Positions 8,621-18,109 of a DNA stretch of 64,000 bases are shown here, in pieces. A program made the position numbers and the translations under genes. The first letter of the stretch is position 1. Each line of letters opens with the position of its first letter. The stretch comes from a virus, in the IMG/VR virus record IMGVR_UViG_3300025030_000039, positions 188,878 through 252,877 of that record. One strand, 5' to 3'. Under the pieces are notes generated by a model that worked only from the letters and a program-made list of their open reading frames with translations, did no database searches and was not told the origin of the DNA.

Positions 8621-9163
8621 TTATATTATTATTAAAGGTATATTTTCATTTAATTTTGATGCGTCATATCCTATATTAGTTGAATCATTACCAGTTACAC
8701 ATTTTATAGGTCTTTCATGAAATAAATACACTGATTTAACTGCAGCTGCTATTAAAAAATATTCTCGCTCAGATAATGTTTCTTTTAAATTTATAAAATC
8801 TGTATTAATCATTAATTGATAATTTTTATCAGATTTAATATCGTAACCTATTAAAATGCAATGATGTAATTTACCTTTATATTTATTAAACCATTCATCA
8901 TAAGATAATGAATTTTCCAATAGATATTTTTTAGCAATATCTGCATTATATTTTTTCATTTCTTCTAATGTAATTCCTTTTATGTAAAATTTACCAACTC
9001 CATCAAATGAATATTCTAAACCACCATTCCATATAACTTCATAAAATACTTCATCTTTATTATGTCCTATTGTTCCATATATTTTATCTGATTGCATATT
9101 AACGAAAGCATCAGTAACTTTCTTCATATATGATTCATATTCAATTTGAAATTCATTTTTCAT
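8621..9163 (-). CDS. hypothetical protein (180 aa)
   Basis: Track ORF. Confidence 0.45.
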   Translation of the reverse strand: MKNEFQIEYESYMKKVTDAFVNMQSDKIYGTIGHNKDEVFYEVIWNGGLEYSFDGVGKFYIKGITLEEMKKYNADIAKKYLLENSLSYDEWFNKYKGKLHHCILIGYDIKSDKNYQLMINTDFINLKETLSEREYFLIAAAVKSVYLFHERPIKCVTGNDSTNIGYDASKLNENIPLIII

Positions 9164-9172
9164 TTTTAAAAA

Positions 9173-9493
9173 TTAATTTAAATTAAAAAATTTATTATCA
9201 TCTTTTGAATCATAAAATGTTCTACTATCTATACCTGTATATTTTTTAATTATTTCGTAAAGTTCATTTCCTAATGCAGTAGCTTTATCTTCATCGATAA
9301 GATTATTATGATAAGCAATATTAAAAAGTGTATGTCTAAATAATACTGTAGCATTCATTAATGCATCATCTTTATATTTATCAGGAACTATTCCAACTTC
9401 CTCTGTTTTTACTTCAAATCCTAATATAATATCTGCCCAAGTATCTAAACTGTCTTGGAATTCTTTCTGTATTTCTTTAATTTGTTCTTTCAT
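9173..9493 (-). CDS. hypothetical protein (106 aa)
   Basis: Track ORF. Confidence 0.45.
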   Translation of the reverse strand: MKEQIKEIQKEFQDSLDTWADIILGFEVKTEEVGIVPDKYKDDALMNATVLFRHTLFNIAYHNNLIDEDKATALGNELYEIIKKYTGIDSRTFYDSKDDNKFFNLN

Positions 9494-9795
9494 TATTTTT
9501 AAGTTAAATTATTGTCCCTTCTTTATATGCTTTATCTAAATATTCGTCATATATTTCTAATAAATATTTCTTTACTTTTCCTATTAATTCTATTTTTTTT
9601 ATTTCAGACAATTTTTCTATTTCTTCCATAATCTAAGTTTTTTAGAATTTATAAACTGTGTTTTTTTATGTTCTAAATATTGAATATCTGTTATCATATC
9701 ATGTATTGCACTATCATCTTTAAAACGAGTATAACAATAAATTATAAATGCATCTTTTGCAAGTTCAATTTGTTTATTTAATCTTTCCATTTATT

Positions 9796-10011
9796 TTAAT
9801 TTGTAAAGTATTCATTACAATGTTTACATTTATAATGTGTTAATTCAATTCCTTTCATTTCTTCAGTGCATACTGGACAATTAGTTATTCTTTTTGGATA
9901 TGAATTCAAAATATTATTACAATTAATAAGCATTTCAGCTAATTTCTTTTTAGACAATTTCATATACATTGTCATTTTTTCTTCTTGTGTTTGTTCTATT
10001 GTTTGTAGCAT
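9796..10011 (-). CDS. small Zn-ribbon protein (CPVC...CKHC)
   Basis: Track ORF with two CxxC pairs. Confidence 0.4.
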   Translation of the reverse strand: MLQTIEQTQEEKMTMYMKLSKKKLAEMLINCNNILNSYPKRITNCPVCTEEMKGIELTHYKCKHCNEYFTN

Positions 10012-10032
10012 ATTTTTATTTATTATTTTTAT

Positions 10033-10437
10033 TCATCCAAAATCAATTACACCATCAGGATATTTTTCCCAAAATTCTTTTAATCTTTTATATGAATTAT
10101 ATTTTAATTTTTTTTCTTCTTCATCACTATCAAATATTGTATTTTTAAATGATACAAGATCTTTATTATCTTCTAACCATTTAAAACATTCTATTTTAGA
10201 ATAAATAACATCTAATGTATATTCGCCATTGGAAACTTCTCTTTTTGATGTTCTAAATAAATCATGATATTCAGTTTTATTTAAAGTTTCAATTTCAGAA
10301 ATTCTTTGATCAATTTGAAATATTTCTATATCATCTAAATATGTTTCAAAATTTTCGCATTTATCCAATTTATCATAAAGTTCTTTATACTCTTCGTATA
10401 ATACTTTATCTTTATAAAACCGAGTGTGTAATCCCAT
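10033..10437 (-). CDS. hypothetical protein (134 aa)
   Basis: Track ORF. Confidence 0.45.
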   Translation of the reverse strand: MGLHTRFYKDKVLYEEYKELYDKLDKCENFETYLDDIEIFQIDQRISEIETLNKTEYHDLFRTSKREVSNGEYTLDVIYSKIECFKWLEDNKDLVSFKNTIFDSDEEEKKLKYNSYKRLKEFWEKYPDGVIDFG

Positions 10438-10441
10438 AATA

Positions 10442-10750
10442 TTAGTCTATATCAGGTATTATATCATATCTTCCATTAATTATTCCTTCTTCATCAATAT
10501 ATATTTTAGTATCGAATCCTCGTCCAAATCCACTTCTATATCCTTGTAATTTAAGCATATATTTCATGCATTCATCTGAATGACAATCGGCTCTACATAT
10601 TAAATAATTATATTGTTTAGTTTCTATAAAATCTCCTTTTCTCCAATTTTCTAATTCACATTCTAAATCTTTTGTTTGAGATTCTATTTCACTTATTTTA
10701 CCACAATATGGACATTTCATTTCCATATAAATACTATCAAACATTCCCAT
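10442..10750 (-). CDS. Zn-ribbon hypothetical protein (CPYC...C..C)
   Basis: Track ORF. Confidence 0.45.
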   Translation of the reverse strand: MGMFDSIYMEMKCPYCGKISEIESQTKDLECELENWRKGDFIETKQYNYLICRADCHSDECMKYMLKLQGYRSGFGRGFDTKIYIDEEGIINGRYDIIPDID

Positions 10751-10752
10751 AA

Positions 10753-10989
10753 TTATAATCTAAAAGTTCTTAAACTATTCATTATCTCTTTAATTGTTTC
10801 TGGATTTGATCTAAGATGAGTTTTTACTCTTCTTTTAGAAATAAGTTTTCTTGTATTATTTAAAATTATAAATTTATTTGCATAAAACATCATAAGTTCT
10901 TCAATATAATTAGGCACATGAATTTTAATACTATTTATTTCGTTAAATTCATTTATTGCTTTAGTTGCATTTAAAATATTATTTTCCAT
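10753..10989 (-). CDS. hypothetical protein (78 aa)
   Basis: Track ORF. Confidence 0.4.
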   Translation of the reverse strand: MENNILNATKAINEFNEINSIKIHVPNYIEELMMFYANKFIILNNTRKLISKRRVKTHLRSNPETIKEIMNSLRTFRL

Positions 10990-11066
10990 ATATTTAATTT
11001 TAATTATAGCAAATATAATTAATTAGTTTATAATTTAAAAATAATCCTTAATAATTTATAGCTTAT

Positions 11067-11636
11067 TTATTTTATAATTTCATCTATAACTCCTAATCTA
11101 AGGGCTTGTTTACTATTCATAGTCCAATCAATTTTATGAGTGTAAATTTTCTTAAGTTGTTTTTTAGATATTTTAGTTTTTTCAAGAGTTATTTTCTCAA
11201 GAAGTTTTTGTAATCTTTTTGTTTCATAAAACTCTTCTTCCATATCTTTAGCTTTACCCCAGAAACCATTACTTATTTGATGATATAATGGTGTTGATAA
11301 TTCATAACCAAATCTCTTATGTCCATTTATTAATATCATAAATCCGCACGACATAGCACAACCTGTAACAATAGTATAAATAGGTGTTTTACTTGTATTC
11401 ATTATAGATAATAAACCAAAACATTGATATACCATTCCTCCATAAGAATCAATATAAATTTTAATTGGTTTACGTTTATATTTAACATAATCTATTGCAT
11501 ATACTTTGGTAAGACGATCGTCTTCTTCATTAATTTCAATTATTCTTTCAGTTAATTTACCTATTGATTCTTGATCAACTTGCTTATTAAAATACAAATT
11601 TCTACCTGTTGGAATTTCTAATTTATTTTCTGCCAT
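11067..11636 (-). CDS. clpP: ClpP-family serine protease (S14), possibly a phage prohead or ATP-dependent protease subunit
   Basis: IYIDSYGGMVYQCFGLLSIM...TIVTGCAMSCGFMIL holds the nucleophilic Ser. The His is in LYHQISNGFWGKA and the Asp in DWTMNSKQALRLGVIDEII. Order and spacing match the ClpP catalytic triad. Confidence 0.8.
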   Translation of the reverse strand: MAENKLEIPTGRNLYFNKQVDQESIGKLTERIIEINEEDDRLTKVYAIDYVKYKRKPIKIYIDSYGGMVYQCFGLLSIMNTSKTPIYTIVTGCAMSCGFMILINGHKRFGYELSTPLYHQISNGFWGKAKDMEEEFYETKRLQKLLEKITLEKTKISKKQLKKIYTHKIDWTMNSKQALRLGVIDEIIK

Positions 11637-11814
11637 AAAATTTTAAATTTATTATTTTATGGAAAATTAATATTTTGTTTAAATAAAATTTAATTAATTT
11701 AATCTTTATTTCAACATTAAATATTTTTTTAATTTTTTTAACATTGATTGTCCTAAGGCATTCATATTTAATTAATTATATATTATTATTTATATATTTA
11801 TGTTAGCAACAATA

Positions 11815-12183
11815 CTACAAACCGTACTTCGATTTAAGTTTTTCTAATTGCTCCAACTCAATCTTTTTAATTCTTTCCTTTTCTTGTCTATCTCGTTCAT
11901 CTTGTCTTTTTTGGTATTCAATTTCTTCTTGTTCACACGCTTGTTTGTATTCATTTTCAGAAATTAGACCCAAATCAACAAGTGGATGGTCGGTATTATC
12001 TTTACTATATTGGTTTATATTCACTTCATTTTTTGTGTATCCAAATCCTTCTGTAATATCATTAACAACCAATACTGTAAATGTGTTATCTGTAAATTTT
12101 AACCATAAATCGCCACAATCTAATTTCAAATCAGAGATTGTTTTTCCTTTCAATTCATTGATATTCTGTATTTCATTTTTCAT
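11815..12183 (-). CDS. hypothetical protein with a C-terminal charged coiled-coil (122 aa)
   Basis: Track ORF flanked by an 11-bp inverted repeat, TGTTAGCAACA at 11801-11811 and TGTTGCTAACA at 12215-12225. Confidence 0.45.
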   Translation of the reverse strand: MKNEIQNINELKGKTISDLKLDCGDLWLKFTDNTFTVLVVNDITEGFGYTKNEVNINQYSKDNTDHPLVDLGLISENEYKQACEQEEIEYQKRQDERDRQEKERIKKIELEQLEKLKSKYGL

Positions 12184-12237
12184 ATTATATAAATTAATCG
12201 TTTATAATCCGTACTGTTGCTAACACATTGTATATGT

Positions 12238-12310
12238 CGGTTTTGCCAATTGGCTTTTGTGCTTTTGTGCTTTGACTGAGAGTATGTGCGTGGCAAAACC
12301 GAACACATAC
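12238..12310 (-). other. GC-richer structured element with nested inverted repeats
   Basis: CGGTTTTGCCA (12238-12248) is the perfect reverse complement of TGGCAAAACCG (12291-12301). GTATGTG (12282-12288) and CACATAC (12304-12310) enclose the second arm. A CTTTTGTG tandem lies between them. The region is non-coding. Confidence 0.35.
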
Positions 12311-12340
12311 AACCATTCGTTATAAGTAATAAAATAAAAA

Positions 12341-12505
12341 CTACTTACTACTATTAATATCCTTAATCAAAATTTGAATTTCTTCATTTTTATTTTCTAA
12401 CTCTTTTTCAAATGCTTTTTGAAACTCAAACTTTTGTTCTTCACTTAACTCATTCAAATTTTGAATGTTAGTTTGTCTAATTTCTGCTTTAATTTTCTTT
12501 TCCAT
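12341..12505 (-). CDS. small hypothetical protein (54 aa, charged and helical), below the track cutoff
   Basis: Hand translation gives MEKKIKAEIRQTNIQNLNELSEEQKFEFQKAFEKELENKNEEIQILIKDINSSK with a TAG stop. It lies about 20 nt downstream of a minus-strand promoter-like motif. Confidence 0.35.
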   Translation of the reverse strand: MEKKIKAEIRQTNIQNLNELSEEQKFEFQKAFEKELENKNEEIQILIKDINSSK

Positions 12506-12522
12506 AATTTTACTGTTTTTAT

Positions 12523-12549
12523 TTTACATACTTATAACAACAAATATAA
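12523..12549 (-). promoter_or_regulatory. promoter-like motif on the minus strand, early-block variant (TTTGTTGTTATAAGTATGTAAAAT)
   Basis: The reverse complement is TTTGTTGTTATAAGTATGTAAAAT, about 20 nt before the ATG at 12505. The same motif recurs at 12900-12928, 15146-15173 and 18110-18135, and is related to the plus-strand TTTGTTATTATATTTA motif. Confidence 0.4.
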
Positions 12550-12589
12550 AACATTGCTGATGTAGTTTCTATTTATATTATACGTTTAA

Positions 12590-12655
12590 TTTCAAGTTTT
12601 GTTTCATTTATTTACATTCATGTTGCAACTTTTTATATTTGTAATCGTTATAGAT
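12590..12655 (-). repeat. ~65-bp element, inverted copy of 21940-22006
   Basis: The reverse complement of 12596-12643 matches 21951-21998 at 44 of 48 positions (ACAAATATAAAAAGTTGCAACATGAATGTAAATAAATGAAACAAAACT). Similarity extends a few bases on both sides. Confidence 0.55.
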
Positions 12656-12662
12656 AATAAAA

Positions 12663-12881
12663 TTAAAAATAGTCATGACTATCTATAAATAACTCCTTAT
12701 ATGTTTCATCAGTAAAAGAAAATCCTCTACCATCAACCGTCATTTCTACAACTTGCATCACTTTTAAGTAATTAATTATTGTGTCAAGTTCGTCTTCTAA
12801 TTCTTTACCTATTTTAAACATACTCATAGCTGCCATTATCTCACCAAGTCTTTCAATATTTTCTTTTACTTTCTCATCCAT
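12663..12881 (-). CDS. hypothetical protein (72 aa)
   Basis: Track ORF with a promoter-like motif 20 nt upstream, at 12900-12928. Confidence 0.4.
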   Translation of the reverse strand: MDEKVKENIERLGEIMAAMSMFKIGKELEDELDTIINYLKVMQVVEMTVDGRGFSFTDETYKELFIDSHDYF

Positions 12882-12899
12882 ATTAATTAGTATTTTTAA

Positions 12900-12928
12900 T
12901 TTTACATATCTATAACAACAAATATAAG
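12900..12928 (-). promoter_or_regulatory. promoter-like motif on the minus strand (TTTGTTGTTATAGATATGTAAAAT)
   Basis: Same family as 12523-12549. It sits immediately upstream of the gene starting at 12881. Confidence 0.4.
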
Positions 12929-12998
12929 AAATAAATCTTACTTTGTCTATTTTTTAATGAAAAGATTTACTTCTCATATTTGCAACCGTTAGGCATAA

Positions 12999-13190
12999 TT
13001 ATACTCTACCACTAAGGTAGTATTCTATTTCACTCTTACTAAAATCATCGGGCTTGTTTTTATAGTACTCCCTTAATTTTCCTTCGTGAACACCTTGTTC
13101 AAATGCCCATTTCATATCATCTAATGAATAACTACGCCTAACAAAGTATAAACGTAATGTTTTCAGTTTTTCAATCAATCTTTTTATCAT
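12999..13190 (-). CDS. hypothetical protein (63 aa)
   Basis: Track ORF. Confidence 0.4.
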   Translation of the reverse strand: MIKRLIEKLKTLRLYFVRRSYSLDDMKWAFEQGVHEGKLREYYKNKPDDFSKSEIEYYLSGRV

Positions 13191-13256
13191 ATTATTAAAT
13201 TTTGTATTTCAAATTAAGTTCAGTTAAACACTACGTTTATACTCAACTGTTATGGT

Positions 13257-13430
13257 TCATGCTAATCGCACAATTTGACGTTCATCTACTTGTGAAAAAC
13301 AATTTTCATTATATGGTTGTCCATCGTACCAAAATGAACTACAGTCCCATCTCGCAACATTCCATCCTTCGTAACTAAAATTATTAGGGCTAAATAAGTA
13401 TACCCAATAGTAACCTTCTTTTCTTTCCAT
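13257..13430 (-). CDS. small Trp/Tyr-rich hypothetical protein (57 aa), below the track cutoff
   Basis: Hand translation gives MERKEGYYWVYLFSPNNFSYEGWNVARWDCSSFWYDGQPYNENCFSQVDERQIVRLA. It looks more protein-like than the overlapping track ORF 13286-13573, which runs into a GC-richer non-coding stretch. Confidence 0.35.
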   Translation of the reverse strand: MERKEGYYWVYLFSPNNFSYEGWNVARWDCSSFWYDGQPYNENCFSQVDERQIVRLA

Positions 13431-13563
13431 TTTATTTTTATTTTAAGTTTAACAATCTGATTAATAAAGCACGAAACCATAACATTTGCTATATGTAACA
13501 CGGCTGAAAAGTCCGTACTATTTTGAGAATGTCTGCTATGCCGTGCTACACATATCATTTTCG

Positions 13564-13755
13564 TTATGAACAATGCTTAACGTCTGCCAACGCTATGTCA
13601 TGTCCACATTTTTTACATTTACCAACCATAATTAAGTGGTCGAAAGCATTGTTCATAACACCAAATAAATGAAATTTCTCTATTTCATCTATTGTCGGTA
13701 GTGCTTTTATTGTTACTTCTATACCACTTGGCAATTTTACTTTCATATTTTTCAT
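13564..13755 (-). CDS. hypothetical protein (63 aa; CKKCGH Zn-ribbon-like)
   Basis: Track ORF. Confidence 0.4.
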   Translation of the reverse strand: MKNMKVKLPSGIEVTIKALPTIDEIEKFHLFGVMNNAFDHLIMVGKCKKCGHDIALADVKHCS

Positions 13756-13913
13756 AGTCTATACCCATAGAACAAACCTTTCGCTTCGCAACACTAACAT
13801 CAGATATATTCAATTTTTTATTTGTATTATCCAAAGTTTCTTCTAAAATTTTACTCTTTTCCATTTTATTAAATTTTGTGTTAGAACTACGTATATGTAA
13901 TCATTATAGCCAA

Positions 13914-14264
13914 TTAAAGCACTGAATCATAATTGCTGCCTCTATCATCATAATCCCATTTAGAATCAAGCTCATAATATTCTTTTTTTGATTGTTGGTA
14001 TTCGATTCCTTTTTGCAATTCTTTAATTTGAGAATTAAGTTTATCTATTTTATTTTGCCTTTGCTCTGAAATGTATTTTTGTGCATCATTAACTGTTTTG
14101 AAAAATTTGTCGGAAGTCATAGATAAGCATATTCTCCAATTATACTCCGTACCAGCACTACGCAAAGACCTGACAAATGCGTAACTATCGGTTAATTTGA
14201 CGCAATCTCTTTCCCATATTCTAACTAAATCATCCTTTACAATATAAACTTTAAAAAACTCCAT
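13914..14264 (-). CDS. hypothetical protein (116 aa)
   Basis: Track ORF. Confidence 0.45.
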   Translation of the reverse strand: MEFFKVYIVKDDLVRIWERDCVKLTDSYAFVRSLRSAGTEYNWRICLSMTSDKFFKTVNDAQKYISEQRQNKIDKLNSQIKELQKGIEYQQSKKEYYELDSKWDYDDRGSNYDSVL

Positions 14265-14418
14265 ATCTATAAAATTAACTGACTATAACCCGTGGTATGG
14301 TTAGTTGCCGTGTTAGTACTAAATTTAAGCGTTACTACCCGCTTGTAATTTTCTGTAATTTGATAGGAAAGTAGCCCGCAATCGGCAACTAACCATACAA
14401 CCAACGTTATGATTAATT

Positions 14419-14598
14419 TTACTCAACCACTTCAAAGTCACCAACATTAATTGGGTGATATACACCCAACCCCTGACATATTGTAAATGTTCCATCTTCA
14501 TTAAATCCTTGATATGGCTCATCCTCTTCAAATATATCACCACTTTTAAATGTTGTCATATACCCCTCATAATCTTTTAGTAATTTAATTTTTTTCAT
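14419..14598 (-). CDS. small hypothetical protein (59 aa), below the track cutoff
   Basis: Hand translation gives MKKIKLLKDYEGYMTTFKSGDIFEEDEPYQGFNEDGTFTICQGLGVYHPINVGDFEVVE. It is preferred over the overlapping junk-like track ORF 14325-14543. Confidence 0.35.
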   Translation of the reverse strand: MKKIKLLKDYEGYMTTFKSGDIFEEDEPYQGFNEDGTFTICQGLGVYHPINVGDFEVVE

Positions 14599-14680
14599 AT
14601 TTTAATATTTAAGTAAAAAACTAACCATAACAAGGTGTATAAAACATAACCTAATTACAAATTTTAAATTAACCACGGAA

Positions 14681-14935
14681 CTATAATAGGTTATGTTTCA
14701 TACACCTAACCGTTAGCGGTAATTTAATAACAGTATTTTGAGCATCTTCATAGCTTTCAAATATCTTATTACATCTTGGACAAGAACAACAACCGTCAAC
14801 AACGGGTATAGCAAATAATTTTACTAAGTCAAATCGTAATTTTCCACATATTTCTCCTGTCATTTTTATATAATCAAGATTATCGTTATCAATTTTTACA
14901 TCACTTAATAATAAGTGTACTTCTTGTTCTGTCAT
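14681..14935 (-). CDS. hypothetical protein with CCSCPRC Zn-ribbon (84 aa)
   Basis: Track ORF. Its 3' end overlaps a CTAACGGTTAGG operator-like motif. Confidence 0.4.
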   Translation of the reverse strand: MTEQEVHLLLSDVKIDNDNLDYIKMTGEICGKLRFDLVKLFAIPVVDGCCSCPRCNKIFESYEDAQNTVIKLPLTVRCMKHNLL

Positions 14936-15290
14936 ATTTATAAATTTATTAGTTATTACTATTAATTCCGAACTGAGTATATCTGAGTGTCGTTATATGC
15001 AATAAAAATTATTTTTTGGATATTTTATATAACATTATAAATCCTATTAAAAAGTGATGGATGTTGTACAATTTGCCATTTCTATCAACTTCGCTACAAA
15101 AATATCCAAATCCTATTACAAATGGCAAAATCTTTATATTCATAATTTTTACAGTTTATAACAACAAATATAAGCAATTATTTTCATTACTTCCAAAATA
15201 AATGTTGTTTGTTAATATTAATTTTGTTCTTTTAATTAAGTTTCTACTAATTTTACTCAAATGTATATACCTGCAGACGTTAGCTGCCAT

Positions 15291-15482
15291 TTAAGGAAGC
15301 TCTGTAATAACATAGTTAATAGCCATGTTTATTTCTGTTTCAATTTTAAATCTATACCCATTAAGCTCATAAACATTTTCATCTTTCATTTTTTCTAAAC
15401 TAAACTTTTGCAATAGTTCATAAATCTGCGAAAGTGTAAGATTATTCACGTTGGCTTTTATGTTTAAGTTTATTGTCATCAT
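15291..15482 (-). CDS. hypothetical protein (63 aa)
   Basis: Track ORF. Its 3' end lies in a ~60-bp repeat shared with the 3' end of 16344-16550. Confidence 0.4.
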   Translation of the reverse strand: MMTINLNIKANVNNLTLSQIYELLQKFSLEKMKDENVYELNGYRFKIETEINMAINYVITELP

Positions 15483-15585
15483 AATAAAAAATGGTAGCTA
15501 ACATGATATATAAGCCATACAATGTTAAGGTTTATACTAATTTGATAGTGTCGGGTATGACTTATATACCCATTGTTAGAGTGCA

Positions 15586-15780
15586 TTATCTAAACACTCC
15601 TAAAAAATCTTTTAAGCAACTTTCGTTACATACGTAAAATATTTTATTTCCCTTAAAATAACATTCTGGCACTTTCATTGCTTTATGCTTTTTAATTTGT
15701 TTTTTACAACTTTCACAATTAACGCACTCTAACAAAGTATTAGCGTTATTGCCTTTCTTGCTTTCTGATAAGTTTTCCAC
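15586..15780 (-). CDS. Cys-rich hypothetical protein (64 aa; CVNCESC...C..C)
   Basis: Track ORF. Confidence 0.4.
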   Translation of the reverse strand: MENLSESKKGNNANTLLECVNCESCKKQIKKHKAMKVPECYFKGNKIFYVCNESCLKDFLGVFR

Positions 15781-15847
15781 ATTTTATATTTTAATGTTGT
15801 TAATAATTGTTTGTGATTGCGTTAACTCCAATACTCGACCATTAGGT

Positions 15848-16036
15848 TCAATCATTAATTTGTTTTGAATCTTCTATCATATTTTTGATTCGTTCTTTGA
15901 ATCTATGTTCGTATTCCTTATCAACTTCACCCAAGTCAGTTGTTTCAAGATATTTTTTAGGTAATCCTTTACCCATAGTTTCCTTGAGTTTATTTTGAAA
16001 ATACTCAAGTTCTTCGTTTGTGTTTTTATTTTCCAT
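15848..16036 (-). CDS. hypothetical protein (62 aa, charged)
   Basis: Track ORF. Preferred over the overlapping 15877-16077 frame, which has a junk-like composition. Confidence 0.4.
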   Translation of the reverse strand: MENKNTNEELEYFQNKLKETMGKGLPKKYLETTDLGEVDKEYEHRFKERIKNMIEDSKQIND

Positions 16037-16343
16037 ATTTTATATTTTTTTACAAAGGTAAAACAAATTAATGACAAAACCTAACAAATGATAAACAACA
16101 TTAAAACATTCGTTTATCTGCAACCGTTATAAAACAGTTTGCTTAAAAAAGTTTTCCACATTTTATACATCTAACCAAATAAGCACCAACCTCAAACTTT
16201 TCAAATTCGTGTTTGCAAACAGATTTTATAACAGGTATATCCAATTGCTTTTTTTGTTTTCTAAATAAACATTTTCACAATTTTTTCATCTTGTATTTCA
16301 ATTTAATTTTTACTAATTTTACGCAACTATATACCTGCAGCCT

Positions 16344-16550
16344 TTATAGTGCATTAAGGAAGTCCTCAGCATCCTTCACACTAAAGCATTTTGTGAATTT
16401 ACCTGTATTTTCATTCAACACTATTACAAAATCAACTGCTCCGTAATTAAATGCCAATTTAGTTGCTTCAATATCAAACACACATAAAGCATTATACTTT
16501 GGTATTACGGGTTGACAATCTGAATATTTTTTATCTAAAATTCTTAACAT
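16344..16550 (-). CDS. hypothetical protein (68 aa)
   Basis: Track ORF. Confidence 0.4.
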   Translation of the reverse strand: MLRILDKKYSDCQPVIPKYNALCVFDIEATKLAFNYGAVDFVIVLNENTGKFTKCFSVKDAEDFLNAL

Positions 16551-16876
16551 AGTTTTAAGTATTAACTTACTATAACAATGTGTATATGTAATGCAGCCAA
16601 TAAGTTAATTGTAAATTGAAAGTATATGCAAGACAAACCGACATCATACCGCCAGCCATTATAGCCAATTAAAAAGTAACACCATTATCATATCCAACCT
16701 CTATTGATATATTTTCAATTTCAGTATTTAATATTTGTGCTATCTTTTCTTTTAGTTCGATTATCTTGGTTACATCAATCATTACATCTTTGTAAACAGA
16801 AATTGAAATTAGTTCTTTTTCATTCATATTATCTAAGCAAACATTCTCATATACTTAACCATTATAGATAATGAAA

Positions 16877-17167
16877 TTAAATATCCTTAAAAAGTCTTCT
16901 TGGTGCTACTAATCTTCTACCATCATCACATTTAATAATATATTCACCATCAGGTTCTATAACAGTATCTAAAACATTATAAATATTACCAACTGTTATT
17001 GGAAAATTTGGGTTTGGATTTTCCGTACATAGAACTTGTTTAAGCATAAACTTATTATTAAATGTTCCATAAATATCTGAATTAACTATTTTAATTTCAC
17101 TATCTATAGCATCAGATATATGTAATTTTTCATCTTTTTTCATAATACTATTTTTATTAGTTAACAA
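16877..17167 (-). CDS. hypothetical protein (96 aa)
   Basis: Track ORF. Confidence 0.45.
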   Translation of the reverse strand: MLTNKNSIMKKDEKLHISDAIDSEIKIVNSDIYGTFNNKFMLKQVLCTENPNPNFPITVGNIYNVLDTVIEPDGEYIIKCDDGRRLVAPRRLFKDI

Positions 17168-17173
17168 AACAAC

Positions 17174-17587
17174 TTAATACGCCTTGTTATGTTTGTACGC
17201 CCTTGTTTGATTATAGAGCATTTTCAATTCGATATGCTTTTCAATATCAATGTTTCTTTGTCCTATAAAATCGAGCAATCTAATAAATACGTCTGCAATT
17301 TCATCTTCAAAAGTATCCTTTACCTGAGTTCTGAAAATTTCCTCAAACTTTATCATATCGTTTTCTTTTGCTGCCAAATCTAAATCTTCTCGAATAGTTT
17401 TGCCGTCAATAATAAATTCAGCATCATCAATTTTGGCATATTGTCCTTTTCTATCAGCTTCCAAAGCCTCAGATAATTCAGAAACCATAAGCATTAATAA
17501 AGTACCTGTTTCTCTTGGTTCGTCCCAAAAACCCTTTGCCTTTGCTCTTTCATGAAAATGTTTTGCTAATTCGTTTAAATTATTCAT
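17174..17587 (-). CDS. mazG: MazG-like all-alpha nucleoside triphosphate pyrophosphohydrolase
   Basis: The EExxE core LMLMVSELSEALEADRKG and a downstream acidic/aromatic helix are typical of phage MazG-like NTP-PPases. The gene is locally GC-richer. Confidence 0.7.
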   Translation of the reverse strand: MNNLNELAKHFHERAKAKGFWDEPRETGTLLMLMVSELSEALEADRKGQYAKIDDAEFIIDGKTIREDLDLAAKENDMIKFEEIFRTQVKDTFEDEIADVFIRLLDFIGQRNIDIEKHIELKMLYNQTRAYKHNKAY

Positions 17588-17609
17588 ATTATTTTATCTT
17601 TTAAGTTTT

Positions 17610-18026
17610 TTAAAAATTTATTACAGACAGATCTAAATAATATTGTGGATCTGCATAGTCTTGAATTTCAGAAACTAATCCATTAAATTTCATTTTAAAA
17701 TCTCTATTTATATTTATAAGGTAAACAATTCTTCCATGTGGTTTTATGGAATACCTATCTCCTTCGATATTTTCAACTGAGCGATTTTGCATTAAAACAT
17801 ATCCACCAATTGTTAATGCAATATCATCAATCATTTTTTCTTTATCCCCAATTTCTTCATGCCAAGGTATTGCAACTAAATCTAAATCTCTATTCATTGA
17901 GCCATGCACAATAATATTATATCCATATTTTAAACCTATTTCTTTTATTATTTCAAAGTAAAATGAATATAAATTTGGTTTAGCATGAATTGGTTTAATG
18001 TCTGTTATAGGATTTGTTGTATTCAA
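17610..18026 (-). CDS. hypothetical protein with possible minimal nucleotidyltransferase motif
   Basis: IIVHGSMNRDLDLV resembles the GS...[DE]hD core of the pol-beta nucleotidyltransferase superfamily. The match is weak. Confidence 0.4.
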   Translation of the reverse strand: MNTTNPITDIKPIHAKPNLYSFYFEIIKEIGLKYGYNIIVHGSMNRDLDLVAIPWHEEIGDKEKMIDDIALTIGGYVLMQNRSVENIEGDRYSIKPHGRIVYLININRDFKMKFNGLVSEIQDYADPQYYLDLSVINF

Positions 18027-18109
18027 ATATTTATTAAATAAAATTTTATTATTAAATTATATAACCAAAATTAATTATGTTTATAATTTAATCAATTTTT
18101 ATATTTTTA

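Noticed and set aside
13286-13573. Track ORF 13286-13573 (minus, 95 aa).
   Set aside because: Its N-terminal half lies in a GC-richer intergenic-type stretch and reads like noise (MFITKMICVARHSRHSQNS...). A shorter ORF in another frame (13257-13430), with a Trp/Tyr-rich protein-like sequence, fits the local gene pattern better.
14325-14543. Track ORF 14325-14543 (minus, 72 aa).
   Set aside because: It overlaps the GC-richer spacer 14270-14400 and has an implausible composition. The unannotated 59-aa ORF 14419-14598 in another frame is preferred.
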